Of a stretch of DNA of 64,000 nt, positions 9,801 to 18,912 are shown one piece after another. The stretch is taken from the NCBI GenBank assembly GCA_041690215.1, contig JAWLHQ010000006.1, forward strand, positions 200,838-264,837, given 5' to 3'. Source of the stretch: Rhodothermales bacterium (GTDB lineage Bacteria > Bacteroidota > Rhodothermia > Rhodothermales > DASSAV01). The position numbers were made by a program, and so were the translations under genes. The notes beneath the pieces are model-generated. The model did not search any database, was not told the origin of the DNA, and was given only the letters and a program-made list of their open reading frames with translations. The first letter of the stretch is position 1. Each line of letters starts with the position of its first letter.

Positions 9801-9837
9801 GAGGACGGTCAACCTAGGCATTCGTCTTTCCTTCTAA
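6829..9837 (+). CDS. TonB-dependent receptor with N-terminal carboxypeptidase-regulatory-like domain
   Basis: The track ORF starts at 6694, but the ATG at 6829 gives the signal peptide MNRLVQFLFVLVCFFVVTPVLAQ. A CarboxypepD_reg-like segment follows (GKIAGQVTEASTGDPLPGVSVVLDG...GTYSVRASYLGY), then a plug-like region and a long barrel ending in the aromatic GIRLSF. Confidence 0.9.
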   Translation: MNRLVQFLFVLVCFFVVTPVLAQTGKIAGQVTEASTGDPLPGVSVVLDGTTQGAITDIDGFYTILNVRPGTYSVRASYLGYTPQVQQDVNVSIDLTTTLNFQLSEETVGLDEVVIEAERPVVQQDLSASRVDVTAEQMENLPVTDITEVVGTQAGVQGMNIRGDGANLSKVLVNGMDMSTRRQNNPYTGVSYASVEAVQVQSGGFSAKYGDMRAGVVNVITREGDRDRYSGTIIASYAPARKKYFGMDVNDPNSYWLRPYLDPQVAMVGTREGWDEFTQRQYPSWQGYNALSETLAKDSDPNNDLTPQQAQELFKYYHRRNLEIDQPDYVIDGAFGGPVPLVSRALGDLRFYASYRTEQNQYIIPLTDDGYNDYTGRLKLTSDIRPGMKLVIEGMMGVEKGTSSINRNNGTDIIKDGDRQWTLGTDMIASYNRPEDWMFGTGALTSGRIENRMIGGRFTHTLSSKSFYEVQLQRMDTKYRTTVPPVRDTTKVHCITPTYCVDEAPFNFSFEPSTSLENMRMGAHWSELRDTSDVVTYSGRFDFTSQVNRTNMIEAGIEFEVADMNINFGTPDFLLTDDDIYTKWSNTEIYGAAYIQDKLEFKGMIANVGLRLDYLDPNLEWYTFEDPYDILFSGGYVDSMDILFPKERVSPKVYLSPRVGLSFPITESSKLYFNYGHQRQRSPAEFLYQMRRDYISNRVHRIANPRAPLELTTSYELGYEQSLFNQFLIRIAGYYKDTKNQMRWVRFRDEESLVNYDINLPDNYADTRGIEISVFRNAGKWVRGFANYTYHVRSGGNFGFGQFLQNRQDQRNYERTTTDYYQSKPVPQPFARFNLEFLTPPDFGPGGGSLLGDWRLSLLGSWQMGPAFTWTGGQTSVQGVQNNMRWKDYRMVDMRIAKNFSVNGNNAQVYATIDNVFNLKNFNTGSFSDGNDQRYYLESLRLPKKMVEGWEHEYDHKDEQGNPIYGNDVPGDIGKDHIENPNYSSLWYLFPRTVNLGIRLSF

Positions 9838-9949
9838 GGACCACCCTCACACGCATGCTCATGTCGAGCCGGACGGGAGCGCACGTTACCGTGCCATCCC
9901 GTCTGGCCGATCAAACGAGATTTCTATGCACGCAACAGGATATAAAGGG

Positions 9950-12133
9950 ATGTCTATAAAGAGACTTTCTCTGCTTCTCATTCCGGTGCTTCTGTGTCTG
10001 GCGTGGTCCGGCGAAGCACGGGCGCAGTTCAGAAACAAGGTGCTGGCTATCGGTGAATTGAACCACGTATATAGCCAGATCGGCGGCGGGACCGAGTGTT
10101 ACGTCGGTTGCCATGGCCTTCGGTGGCCGGCGATCTGGCGTACCGGTATGCTACGCGCCGAGGCCGTCTGGGTCGCCGCGAAAGCTGGTGCTAATGGGCC
10201 GATTAAGGGCGCTGATGGGGTCGATTACCCTTATCGTGTGATTCATGTCGGTCCGCGCGCGACGGGTGCAGGCGAGTACATTCCGATCGAGTTCAAGACT
10301 GTCAGCAAGTTCGAGCCGCCTACCATTCTGCTCAAGGACGAGTTCGGGGACGAGTACGAGACCTACGCGGACCGGGTAGGCAATGACGAGGTCGATCCCA
10401 ACCTACCTGCCGACCGGATGGTCATGAGTAAGGTGAGCTCGCTGCTGGGTATTACGATCACCCGGCGGAACTACGCCTTCAGTGATCAGAACCACGACAA
10501 CTACCACATCCAGGAGTTCATTCTCGAGAACACGGGAGATGTGGATGGCGATCTGAGCACGCGCGAACTGGAGCAGACGCTTGAGGGCGTGTACCTGCAC
10601 TTCCACAAGCGGTATAACATGGACCAGAAAATCGAGAGCCCGGGTGGTGGTTGGGGCGCGAACGTCATGAACGACATCGTCGGCGACGGCGTCCATGATT
10701 ACGGTGTCGACTTCAAGGCACAGTACACCTGGCTGGGTAACTTCAACAATAGCGACGGTTTCGACGACTACGGTCTGTCCAAGTGGAACGACCACTCGTG
10801 GGATCAGGATGCCGATACCATTGGCCGCCTTACTTCGCCAGCCTTCATCGGTTTTGCGATGTTGGAGGCGGAGGATGGGGTGGACGGCACGGAGCAGCCG
10901 GCTATGACGGGAACGATCGATGCCGACGATCCGCTGCTCTCCGCCAACAGCGCCACCAACATCCCGAAGATGACGGCGGAGTATCAGATGATCACCGGCG
11001 AGGACATGGATTCGCCGCATGGTCCGCACCACGCCGATGGAATCGATCAGGATAACAACTTCCTGACCCCGGATGGCGATCCGATGAACGGGCGTCCGGG
11101 TGGCTGGGCGATCAAGGAGAGTTACGGTCCGTACACGCTAGCACCAGGAGATAGTGTCAGAATCGTAGTGGTGGAAGCGGTCGACGGGCTAGATCCGAAC
11201 GAGTCCTCCATCATTGGCCGGCAGTTCAAGCATCTTTCAGGAAGCTCGAAATCCAACGGTACTACGGCACTCGCAACGACCGCTCCTATTACATATCGCG
11301 GCGTCACGATGAGCAAGAACGAGTGGTACTTCAGCGGAAGGGACTCGCTTTTCGATACGATCCAGCGGGCTATCGATGTGTACGCAGCAAGCAACGGAAT
11401 GAGGGAGTATCCGTCGAACGTCGACCTGGTGATGCCCCCCAAGAATTTCAAGGTTGAATCTGGCGTCGGCCGGGTAGCCCTGAGCTGGAGCTTCTACGAG
11501 GGTGCAACTCCGCAGCACGTTGAGATCTATCGTACGGAGAACTACGTCGAGGGACGCCTGCGGTACGACAACAACGGCAACTACGAGGACGACCCGTACT
11601 TCGATTACGTGTGTATCGCCAGTTCCGAGCAGCCGGAAATCACCGGTAAATGTGCCGCCGACGGAGCTGCACCGATCACCACACCCGGCCAGTTCGAAGA
11701 CACGAACGTTTCGCGTGGTATCAACTACTACTACTACATCCAGTCGGTGACCGCCGACGGCAAGCGGAGTAACCGGTACTGGACGCAGACCTATGACCCC
11801 GCCATCTCGATGCGTGAACCGGGTCCGACGACGAGCGCCTTCAAGATCGTCCCGAACCCATTCAATGTGTCGGCTCAGGAAGGCGTGCGATATCCGGGCC
11901 CGCGTAAAGAGCGGATCGGCTTCCTCGATATCCCCGGCAACTGCACCATCCGCATCTTTACGGAGAAAGGAGAGCTGATCAAGACCATCGAGCACACGAC
12001 CGGTAGCGGTGACGAGTACTGGGATGTCACAACCGATTCCCAGCAGCTCGTCGTCAGCGGGTTGTACATCGCCGTGGTGGACAACAACGAGACTGGTGAG
12101 CGTGAGATGAAGAAATTCGTCGTCATCCGCTAA
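9950..12133 (+). CDS. secreted acidic protein with Fn3-like module and T9SS-type C-terminal sorting domain
   Basis: The ATG at 9950 gives MSIKRLSLLLIPVLLCLAWSGEARAQ. An Fn3-like stretch (PPKNFKVESGVGRVALSWSF...INYYYYIQSVTADGKRS) is followed by a C-terminal tail resembling the Por/T9SS CTD (FKIVPNPFN...CTIRIFTEKGELIKTIEH...SGLYIAVV...KKFVVIR). Confidence 0.8.
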   Translation: MSIKRLSLLLIPVLLCLAWSGEARAQFRNKVLAIGELNHVYSQIGGGTECYVGCHGLRWPAIWRTGMLRAEAVWVAAKAGANGPIKGADGVDYPYRVIHVGPRATGAGEYIPIEFKTVSKFEPPTILLKDEFGDEYETYADRVGNDEVDPNLPADRMVMSKVSSLLGITITRRNYAFSDQNHDNYHIQEFILENTGDVDGDLSTRELEQTLEGVYLHFHKRYNMDQKIESPGGGWGANVMNDIVGDGVHDYGVDFKAQYTWLGNFNNSDGFDDYGLSKWNDHSWDQDADTIGRLTSPAFIGFAMLEAEDGVDGTEQPAMTGTIDADDPLLSANSATNIPKMTAEYQMITGEDMDSPHGPHHADGIDQDNNFLTPDGDPMNGRPGGWAIKESYGPYTLAPGDSVRIVVVEAVDGLDPNESSIIGRQFKHLSGSSKSNGTTALATTAPITYRGVTMSKNEWYFSGRDSLFDTIQRAIDVYAASNGMREYPSNVDLVMPPKNFKVESGVGRVALSWSFYEGATPQHVEIYRTENYVEGRLRYDNNGNYEDDPYFDYVCIASSEQPEITGKCAADGAAPITTPGQFEDTNVSRGINYYYYIQSVTADGKRSNRYWTQTYDPAISMREPGPTTSAFKIVPNPFNVSAQEGVRYPGPRKERIGFLDIPGNCTIRIFTEKGELIKTIEHTTGSGDEYWDVTTDSQQLVVSGLYIAVVDNNETGEREMKKFVVIR

Positions 12134-12178
12134 TTCGGTAGTGGACCTCCGGGTCACGACTATAGAAATGGTAAAACC

Positions 12179-13198
12179 ATGAAGAAAATCCTTCTCTATA
12201 CATGTGTCGTCCTGGCGATGGCACAGCTAGCCCCGGATGTTTTCGGTCAGATTGACCGGGAGCGGGAGAAGCGCGGGCAGTCGGGTCTGCAATTTCTGGA
12301 CATTTCCATCAATCCCCGAGCGGCTGCGATGGGAGATGCCCTGTCTGCGGTGGACTTGAACTCTTCCGTCGCCATGTTCTACAATCCGGCCACAATGGCG
12401 CGGCTTGAAGGTATCAGCCTCGGTTTCGGTACGGCGCAGTGGTTCGCCGATATCAACTACAGCAATGCCAGCATGGCCATCAGCCCGGCAAACGGCCGAT
12501 TTGGCGTGTTCGGCGTATCGGTTATTGCGGTGGATTATGGTGAACTGGAGGGCACCATTATCGATGGCGATCCGGCCGGTCCCGGTTACATCGAGACGGC
12601 CAATTTCTCGCCCAGTGCACTGGCAATCGGTATCGGGTATGCCAAGGCACTATCGGACCGGTTTTCGATAGGCGGTAATCTCCGGTATGCCCACCAGGAT
12701 CTCGGCGACAGCCAGATGACCACGGATGGGGATATGCAGGAGAACACGGTGAATGCGCCGGTGGCCGATTTCGGTGTGCTCTACAATACGGGCTTCCGGA
12801 GTCTCAACCTTGCGGTTACGGCGCGTAACTTTTCACCGGCAGTGACTTACGAGGCGGAGAGCTTCGAGGCTCCCCTGAGCCTGAACATCGGCATGTCGAT
12901 GAACCTGCTCGACGTACTCGCACCGTCTGCCACTGGAGATCATGCCTTTTTGATGGCCGTGGAGGCCGGTCACCCGCGTTCCTACGCCGAGCAGATTCGC
13001 CTCGGTGGGGAGTACCAGTTCATGGACCTGCTATTTCTTCGTGCGGGATATACCTTCCCGACGGACGAGCAGGGTATCAATCTTGGAGGCGGGCTCAACC
13101 TGGGTGTCGGTAACTTCCGGATCAGCGCCGACTACGCATTCTCGCAGTTCGGCGATCTCGGTAACGTGAATCGCATAGGACTCCAGGTCGGATTCTGA
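12179..13198 (+). CDS. PorV/PorQ family outer-membrane barrel protein
   Basis: 339 aa. Signal peptide, then GLQFLDISINPRAAAMGDALSAV and FYNPATMA as in PorV/LptO-like proteins. Alternating beta-strand pattern and a terminal F (LQVGF). Confidence 0.75.
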   Translation: MKKILLYTCVVLAMAQLAPDVFGQIDREREKRGQSGLQFLDISINPRAAAMGDALSAVDLNSSVAMFYNPATMARLEGISLGFGTAQWFADINYSNASMAISPANGRFGVFGVSVIAVDYGELEGTIIDGDPAGPGYIETANFSPSALAIGIGYAKALSDRFSIGGNLRYAHQDLGDSQMTTDGDMQENTVNAPVADFGVLYNTGFRSLNLAVTARNFSPAVTYEAESFEAPLSLNIGMSMNLLDVLAPSATGDHAFLMAVEAGHPRSYAEQIRLGGEYQFMDLLFLRAGYTFPTDEQGINLGGGLNLGVGNFRISADYAFSQFGDLGNVNRIGLQVGF

Positions 13199-13240
13199 AA
13201 TGTCCATTCTCCAGGCGACGATACCTGGAATTCGCGGATA

Positions 13241-13285
13241 AAGAAGCCGCACCGGAGCTTGCGTTCCGGTGCGGCTTCTTTATTG
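13241..13285 (+). terminator. intrinsic terminator
   Basis: AAGAAGCCGCACCGGA (13241-13256) pairs perfectly with TCCGGTGCGGCTTCTT (13265-13280), followed by TATTGC. Confidence 0.8.
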
Positions 13286-13354
13286 CACATATCGTGAAGA
13301 TGAGTAGCTTAACGCACGTGTGATCTGTACGAGCGGGTAGAAAAAATTTTCTGT

Positions 13355-14623
13355 ATGCGATTAGATAGAAGTGAGCAGGCCGGGATCTGGTCTGGGCGAT
13401 TGAGTTTGATGCTCCTGGTGATGCTGGTTGGTGCCTGCAGTGAAGCGCCTGGTGGTGGCCCGAAAGCAAAAGTGAAACTATCTCCGGTTGTGGCGCCGGA
13501 GGCAGCAGCCTTTCTGATCCGCGCACAGGAAGCCTTTGAGGCAGGCAACCCGCAGGAAGCTCTCGCGCTGGCAGATAGCGCCGAAAGCAGGGCCGGTGCA
13601 GAAAGCTCAGGGTTTCTGGCTGACGTGAACTTTTTGCGGGCGCGCATTCAGACCGGGGTGAATCGGGATGATCTGGCTGAAGCTGCCTACGAGCGGGTGC
13701 TTGCCCTGAATCCAGATTACAGAGGTGCCTGGCTAAATCTGGGGAACGCTGCGTTTCGGCGTGGGGCGTATAGCGAAGCACTTGCTTACTACCGCAGGGA
13801 GCAAACGAAGTATCCGACGGCAGACATCCAGGTGCTTATGGGCCGAGCTTATGCCGAGATGGGCAACGTAGATAGTGCGCGCTATGCCTACGAACAGGCG
13901 CTGAAGATGGATAGCAAATCTGCAGCGGCACACATTCGCATGGCGGAGTTGCTGGAAAAGAACGGCGAGCCGGAGGCGGCTTTGCAACATGCCAAACAGG
14001 CTCTTGAACTGGACAGAGATAATCTGAACTATATGTATTTCATTGGTACGCTTCAGATGCGTACGAACCAGCTGGAGGAAGCCGCGCAAGCGTTTCAAGC
14101 GGTACTGGATCGGGAGCCTGACCGCCAGGGGGCTCATTATAACCTCGGTCAGGCTTTCGTTCGGCTGGGGCGGCAGGAGGAGGCTCGCATTCACCTGTCG
14201 ATAGCGGATAGCCTGTTCAAGGTAGAGCACGAACTACGGCTATGGGAGACGAAGACACGGGTGGATCCACAGAATCCGGCTGTATGGGCCACGTATGGAT
14301 ATGCACTTCGTCGTTTGGGACGTGATGCTGACGCACTGCGCGCCTATGGAGTAGCCCTTCATCTCGATCCCAGTCATGCGGACGTGCGATACGAAATGGC
14401 CAACCTCTACTTGAAGCAAGGCCAGCTTCCGCTTGCACTCGAACAATACGATGTGCTTCTCCGGCAGGATTCGACCTACGTGGGCGCATGGGTCAACGCG
14501 GGAATCGCTCATGCGCGAATGGGGCAGCCGGAAGCAGCCCGACGAGCGTGGCAGACGGCGTTGAGGCTAGAGCCCGGGCATCCGTACGCGACTCGATACC
14601 TGGCAGAATTGCCGTCACATTGA
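13355..14623 (+). CDS. tetratricopeptide repeat lipoprotein
   Basis: 422 aa. Lipobox-like LVMLVGAC. Multiple TPR units (e.g. AWLNLGNAAFRRGAYSEALAYYRR and AHYNLGQAFVRLGRQEEA). Confidence 0.85.
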   Translation: MRLDRSEQAGIWSGRLSLMLLVMLVGACSEAPGGGPKAKVKLSPVVAPEAAAFLIRAQEAFEAGNPQEALALADSAESRAGAESSGFLADVNFLRARIQTGVNRDDLAEAAYERVLALNPDYRGAWLNLGNAAFRRGAYSEALAYYRREQTKYPTADIQVLMGRAYAEMGNVDSARYAYEQALKMDSKSAAAHIRMAELLEKNGEPEAALQHAKQALELDRDNLNYMYFIGTLQMRTNQLEEAAQAFQAVLDREPDRQGAHYNLGQAFVRLGRQEEARIHLSIADSLFKVEHELRLWETKTRVDPQNPAVWATYGYALRRLGRDADALRAYGVALHLDPSHADVRYEMANLYLKQGQLPLALEQYDVLLRQDSTYVGAWVNAGIAHARMGQPEAARRAWQTALRLEPGHPYATRYLAELPSH

Positions 14624-14643
14624 GGTCCGGTCGTGCGGAAACA

Positions 14644-16317
14644 TCATTCCCCGACACTCCACAGTGTGCCGGTGTTGCGCCAGAGGGTTACGCGCCCCAG
14701 CCGATCATAAGGCGGTTCGAAATGCATGCTGCCCGTGAGGATGTCTGGACGGCCATCTCCGTCCAGGTCGCCGACCGCGGCGGTGATGAGGTGGGTGGGT
14801 GAACTGGCGATGCCGCGTGCGGTGAAGTGCTGATTTCCGTCGTTTTCCAGCCAGATGAGGCTCTTGCGCGCTGGATCTCCCCAGTCGTTCAGCAGGCTGG
14901 TAACGACGATGTCTATATCGCCATCCCCGTCGAAATCACCTGGAAGAGCGCGGTATGCGCCGTACAGCTGGAGTAAGGGATGGTACGTGAAGTTCAGGTT
15001 GCCACGGTTTTCCAACCACTGGACACCGTGGTACGGCCGCACCATCGTGGATTCAAGGTCCACGGCATCGCCATTTGTGAGGAGGATATCCATGTCGCCA
15101 TCCTGATCCAGGTCCACGAGTTCGATGCCGGAAGAGCCGAATGTCGGGGAGGGGGCCTTGAACAGGAGGTGCGGTTGGAACGTCCCGTGACCATCGTTCA
15201 GGAACGCGGTTACTTCCTCATGTTCCTGAGCGATCAGGGCGACGACGTCCAGGTGACCATCCTCATTCAGATCTGTGGGAATCACGTGGACACCACCGGC
15301 TTTATCGCTGATCCGATGGTAGACGAAATTGCCATCGGCTATCTGCTCCAGCCAGCCGATCTCGCCCTCTTTGATCCAGCCGAAGATCGAGAGTATGAGG
15401 TCTACATCCCCATCCCCGTCGAAATCTCCAGAGCGCACGTCTGAAACCCGGCCAACGTCGGCCAGGTGGGTCTTGCCTGCAAAGCGGAGCGATCCGTCGT
15501 TGATGAGAAGGGCCACGCCGCCGCTGCGCCGGTCAGAGGGGATATCGGTGCCGAGTACGGCGACGGCGACATCCATGTGTCCATCACCATTGATATCCGC
15601 CACCTCGGTGCGGCCCGGGTACGGGGCGCGTACGAGGGTTCGCTCTCGCCAGCCATCCCCTTCCGGAGAAATCCAGACCACAGCGTTGTTGTTAAAATCG
15701 CTGGCCAGAATATCCGGTCGCCCATCCTGGTCCAGATCGGTTATGTTGACGTTCGAAATACGAGGCGGGGAACCGGTCTGTATCGGCGCGCCAATCGTGG
15801 TCGGCTGAAAGATGAGCCCCGAAATCGCAGGATCAGGGGGGAGTCTGGGGTCGGTGGTGCTGAACGTCAGGTAGTAATGGAGGACATCCAGATACTCATC
15901 GCGCCGGGGCCGTAGCCAGTCAGAATAGGTATCGTGTGCAGGCTCCGGTTGCAGGTAGTACTGGAGCTGGTACATGTACTTGACCGCCTCCGTCCATCGC
16001 TCCGAAGGAAGCTGAGCAGGGTCGGGCGTTTCATGGCAGCCGCCACAGGTTGCCGTGAGATTCAGCGTTTCACTCCACTCTTTTCTGGTAAGGCGAGCAC
16101 GGTCGTAGAGGAAATGCGTGGTATCCGTGGTAGCCGTGCTGCCATGACAGCCTGTGCAGGTTGATATGGCAGCACGTTGAGGGCCTTGCCCCGGAAGGTC
16201 ACTGCGTTCCCAGCGGTTCGTCATCCGAGGGGTTGTGACGAGCGCCAGCAGGGTGGGGGCACACAGGACGAACACTGCGGCTACGAAATATCCCGGGACC
16301 GGCCATCTGAACGTCAA
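14644..16317 (-). CDS. FG-GAP/VCBS repeat beta-propeller protein with N-terminal di-haem c-type motifs
   Basis: 557 aa. N-terminal TM/signal segment and two CxxCH motifs (CTGCH, CGGCH). Seven DxDxDG-type repeats follow (DLDQDGRPD, DINGDGHMD, DFDGDGDVD, DLNEDGHLD, DLDQDGDMD, DFDGDGDID, DLDGDGRPD). Confidence 0.85.
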   Translation of the reverse strand: MTFRWPVPGYFVAAVFVLCAPTLLALVTTPRMTNRWERSDLPGQGPQRAAISTCTGCHGSTATTDTTHFLYDRARLTRKEWSETLNLTATCGGCHETPDPAQLPSERWTEAVKYMYQLQYYLQPEPAHDTYSDWLRPRRDEYLDVLHYYLTFSTTDPRLPPDPAISGLIFQPTTIGAPIQTGSPPRISNVNITDLDQDGRPDILASDFNNNAVVWISPEGDGWRERTLVRAPYPGRTEVADINGDGHMDVAVAVLGTDIPSDRRSGGVALLINDGSLRFAGKTHLADVGRVSDVRSGDFDGDGDVDLILSIFGWIKEGEIGWLEQIADGNFVYHRISDKAGGVHVIPTDLNEDGHLDVVALIAQEHEEVTAFLNDGHGTFQPHLLFKAPSPTFGSSGIELVDLDQDGDMDILLTNGDAVDLESTMVRPYHGVQWLENRGNLNFTYHPLLQLYGAYRALPGDFDGDGDIDIVVTSLLNDWGDPARKSLIWLENDGNQHFTARGIASSPTHLITAAVGDLDGDGRPDILTGSMHFEPPYDRLGRVTLWRNTGTLWSVGE

Positions 16318-16411
16318 GACAGTACCTGCTTTCAGTGGATGGAGGAAGAATTGCTCCAGGGAGGGAGTAATTCAGGTGAGCAGGTCACGCTACATGAAAG
16401 GTAGGAAATGA

Positions 16412-17302
16412 TCAACGCCCTGCCGGCTCATAGCTGCGAGCGCCCCACATTAACTTGGAACGCAGGGTTTTAAAGTAGTGCTGGCCGGGAAGTTTGATCA
16501 ATTTTACTGTATGCTCTGCGCGGCGAACGGTAACCTTTACGTGGCCATCGACGAGCATGCTCTGCCCATCAGCCGCAAGCACGTAGTCGGGGTGAGCATT
16601 CAGCACGTGGGCTTCGATTACGGCATTCTCCGGCAAAACGATAGGACGAACGGTAAGCGTATGGGGCGCAACGGGCGTCAGAATCATTGCACCACATCCA
16701 GGGACCATGATCGGACCTCCGCTGGAGAGAGAGTAGGCTGTTGATCCGGTGGGGGTGGCAATGATGAGTCCATCTGCCCAGTACACATTGAGGTGCTCTC
16801 CGTCTACAGTGATGTTCACTGACATGAGTCGAGCATCCCCTGTTCGCTGAATGACGAAGTCGTTGAGAGCCCAGGGTTTGCCGAGCGGGACACCGTTATC
16901 AAGCCGCGCCTCCAGTACCATACGATGGTCGACGTGGTATTCACCTCGTTCCAGACACTCAATGGCATCCTGGATCAGCCCTACTTCGATGTCAGCCAGA
17001 AATCCCAGTCGGCCAATATTAACTCCGAGGATCGGCGTGGCTCGTGTGCCGACCTCGTTTGCAGTATTGAGAAAGGTGCCGTCTCCGCCAAAGGACATGA
17101 GCACATCCACGGAATCGGCGAGGTTTTCCTCCGTGTGTTCGGCACAGAGCGCTGCATCCAGAAGTTTGCGCTGCGCAAGGCCCGCGGCGATATCGGCGTG
17201 CAGGCAAAATGGAATATTGCGGCTAAGGAGCCACGTAACCGTCTGTGCTACGGGTGCCCAGAGGCTGTCTTTATGCGTATTGCCCGTAATTCCGTACTTC
17301 AT
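16412..17302 (-). CDS. nadK: NAD kinase
   Basis: The track ORF extends to 17371. The in-frame ATG at 17302 gives MKYGITGN and a typical length of about 296 aa. The GGDGT motif is present (SFGGDGTFL), with a conserved C-terminal TPTGSTAYSLSSGGP. Confidence 0.9.
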   Translation of the reverse strand: MKYGITGNTHKDSLWAPVAQTVTWLLSRNIPFCLHADIAAGLAQRKLLDAALCAEHTEENLADSVDVLMSFGGDGTFLNTANEVGTRATPILGVNIGRLGFLADIEVGLIQDAIECLERGEYHVDHRMVLEARLDNGVPLGKPWALNDFVIQRTGDARLMSVNITVDGEHLNVYWADGLIIATPTGSTAYSLSSGGPIMVPGCGAMILTPVAPHTLTVRPIVLPENAVIEAHVLNAHPDYVLAADGQSMLVDGHVKVTVRRAEHTVKLIKLPGQHYFKTLRSKLMWGARSYEPAGR

Positions 17303-17527
17303 GTACGATATATCTGTGGTGAGAATCTGAATGGGAACCCACATTCCAGGCAGCGTACCATCCGGACACATGGTACTTGACAGGTCTTAAGCCGGTGACG
17401 CAACTGCCTGGCTGGTGTGCCCTGCCAAACTAGACCCACGTTGTCCGAATAGCAAGAAGCCGATCCTTAACGTAATCTGCAGCGGAAGGCAACGCATGCA
17501 AACCGAGATCGGTGTTGAGTTTGTCGC

Positions 17528-18883
17528 ATGAGCAGGCACATCGTCATCATTGGAAATGGAGTTGCCGGTGTTACTGCGGCGCGTTTCATCCGTAAGTTCA
17601 GCGATGACGCTATCACAATCATCTCCGGGGAAACCCGGCATTTCTATGCGCGGACGGCGCTCATGTACCTGTACATGGGCCACCTCCGGTATCGCGATCT
17701 AAAGCCGTACGAGGACTGGTTCTGGCCGAAGAACCGTATCGGTCTCATTCAGGACACTGTTTGCGAGATTGATACGGATATGCGGACGCTTCGTTTGCAA
17801 AATGGAAAAGCCATCCAGTACGATGTGCTTCTGATTGCAACGGGTTCCCGGCCCAGAAAACTTGGATGTCCGGGCGAGACGCTGCCCGGCGTGCAGAGTT
17901 TGTACGGGGTACACGATCTGGAGCTTCTGGAGGCGAATACGAAGCGGGCCAGGCGAGCGGTTGTCGTGGGAGGGGGGCTGATCGGTATCGAACTGGCTGA
18001 GATGCTCCACTCCAGAGGCATTCCGGTCACCTTCCTGGTACGTGAGCCCGGCTATATGAGCCACGTATTGTCGCCGGAAGAATCGGAAATGATTCATGAG
18101 GTGATCCTCGGCCATGGCATTGACCTTCGTCTGAATACCGAACTTGCGGCGATTCTTCCGGGCGCGGATGGACGGGTACACGCCGTTGTAACGACAGCAG
18201 GAGAGGAGATTCCCTGTGATGTGGTCGGACTGACGGTCGGCGTGGAGCCCAATATTGAGGTCGTCCGATCTTCAAAGATCGAAACAAGCACCGGGGTGCT
18301 CGTCAACGAGTTCTTCGAGACGAATATACCGGGCGTGTATGCAGTCGGTGATTGTGCCGAATTCTGTCAGGAGGGAATAGGCCACCGGACTATCGAGCAA
18401 CTCTGGTATACCGCACGGCTGCACGGAAAATGTGTGGCGCACACGATTTGCGGCATTCGTACGCCGTATACACCCGGCGTTTACTTCAATTCGGCTAAAT
18501 TTTTCGACCTAGAGTATCAAACGTACGGCACTATGCCCCCTTTGCTGGAGCCCGGGGGGCAGACTCTTTTCTGGAAAGATCCGGGGGCTCGCCGATCCGT
18601 TCGGATCAATTATAGGCAGGAAGGAGGTGCTGTGTTGGGCTTCTCGGTGTTCGGAGTGCGTTTTCGGCAGGAGGTATGCGTGCGCTGGATTAGTGAGCAG
18701 AGGACGATAGACTACGTGTTGCACCATCTACACGAGGCCAATTTCGATCCGGAGTTTTCCCGGCGTTTCGAACGTGACGTCAGGCACATGTATAGTGGCG
18801 AGAGGAATTCGGTAACGGAGAGGGGGCAAGGAGAAGAGCGTTCCATCATCAGCCGGCTGCTTGCTCCTTTTCAGGTGCGGTGA
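17528..18883 (+). CDS. NAD(P)/FAD-dependent pyridine nucleotide-disulfide-type oxidoreductase
   Basis: 451 aa. Two dinucleotide-binding motifs (IVIIGNGVAGVTAA and AVVVGGGLIGIELAE) and YAVGDCAEF. Confidence 0.85.
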   Translation: MSRHIVIIGNGVAGVTAARFIRKFSDDAITIISGETRHFYARTALMYLYMGHLRYRDLKPYEDWFWPKNRIGLIQDTVCEIDTDMRTLRLQNGKAIQYDVLLIATGSRPRKLGCPGETLPGVQSLYGVHDLELLEANTKRARRAVVVGGGLIGIELAEMLHSRGIPVTFLVREPGYMSHVLSPEESEMIHEVILGHGIDLRLNTELAAILPGADGRVHAVVTTAGEEIPCDVVGLTVGVEPNIEVVRSSKIETSTGVLVNEFFETNIPGVYAVGDCAEFCQEGIGHRTIEQLWYTARLHGKCVAHTICGIRTPYTPGVYFNSAKFFDLEYQTYGTMPPLLEPGGQTLFWKDPGARRSVRINYRQEGGAVLGFSVFGVRFRQEVCVRWISEQRTIDYVLHHLHEANFDPEFSRRFERDVRHMYSGERNSVTERGQGEERSIISRLLAPFQVR

Positions 18884-18912
18884 GGGCATAAAGCAGTGCT
18901 TGAGATAGACCC

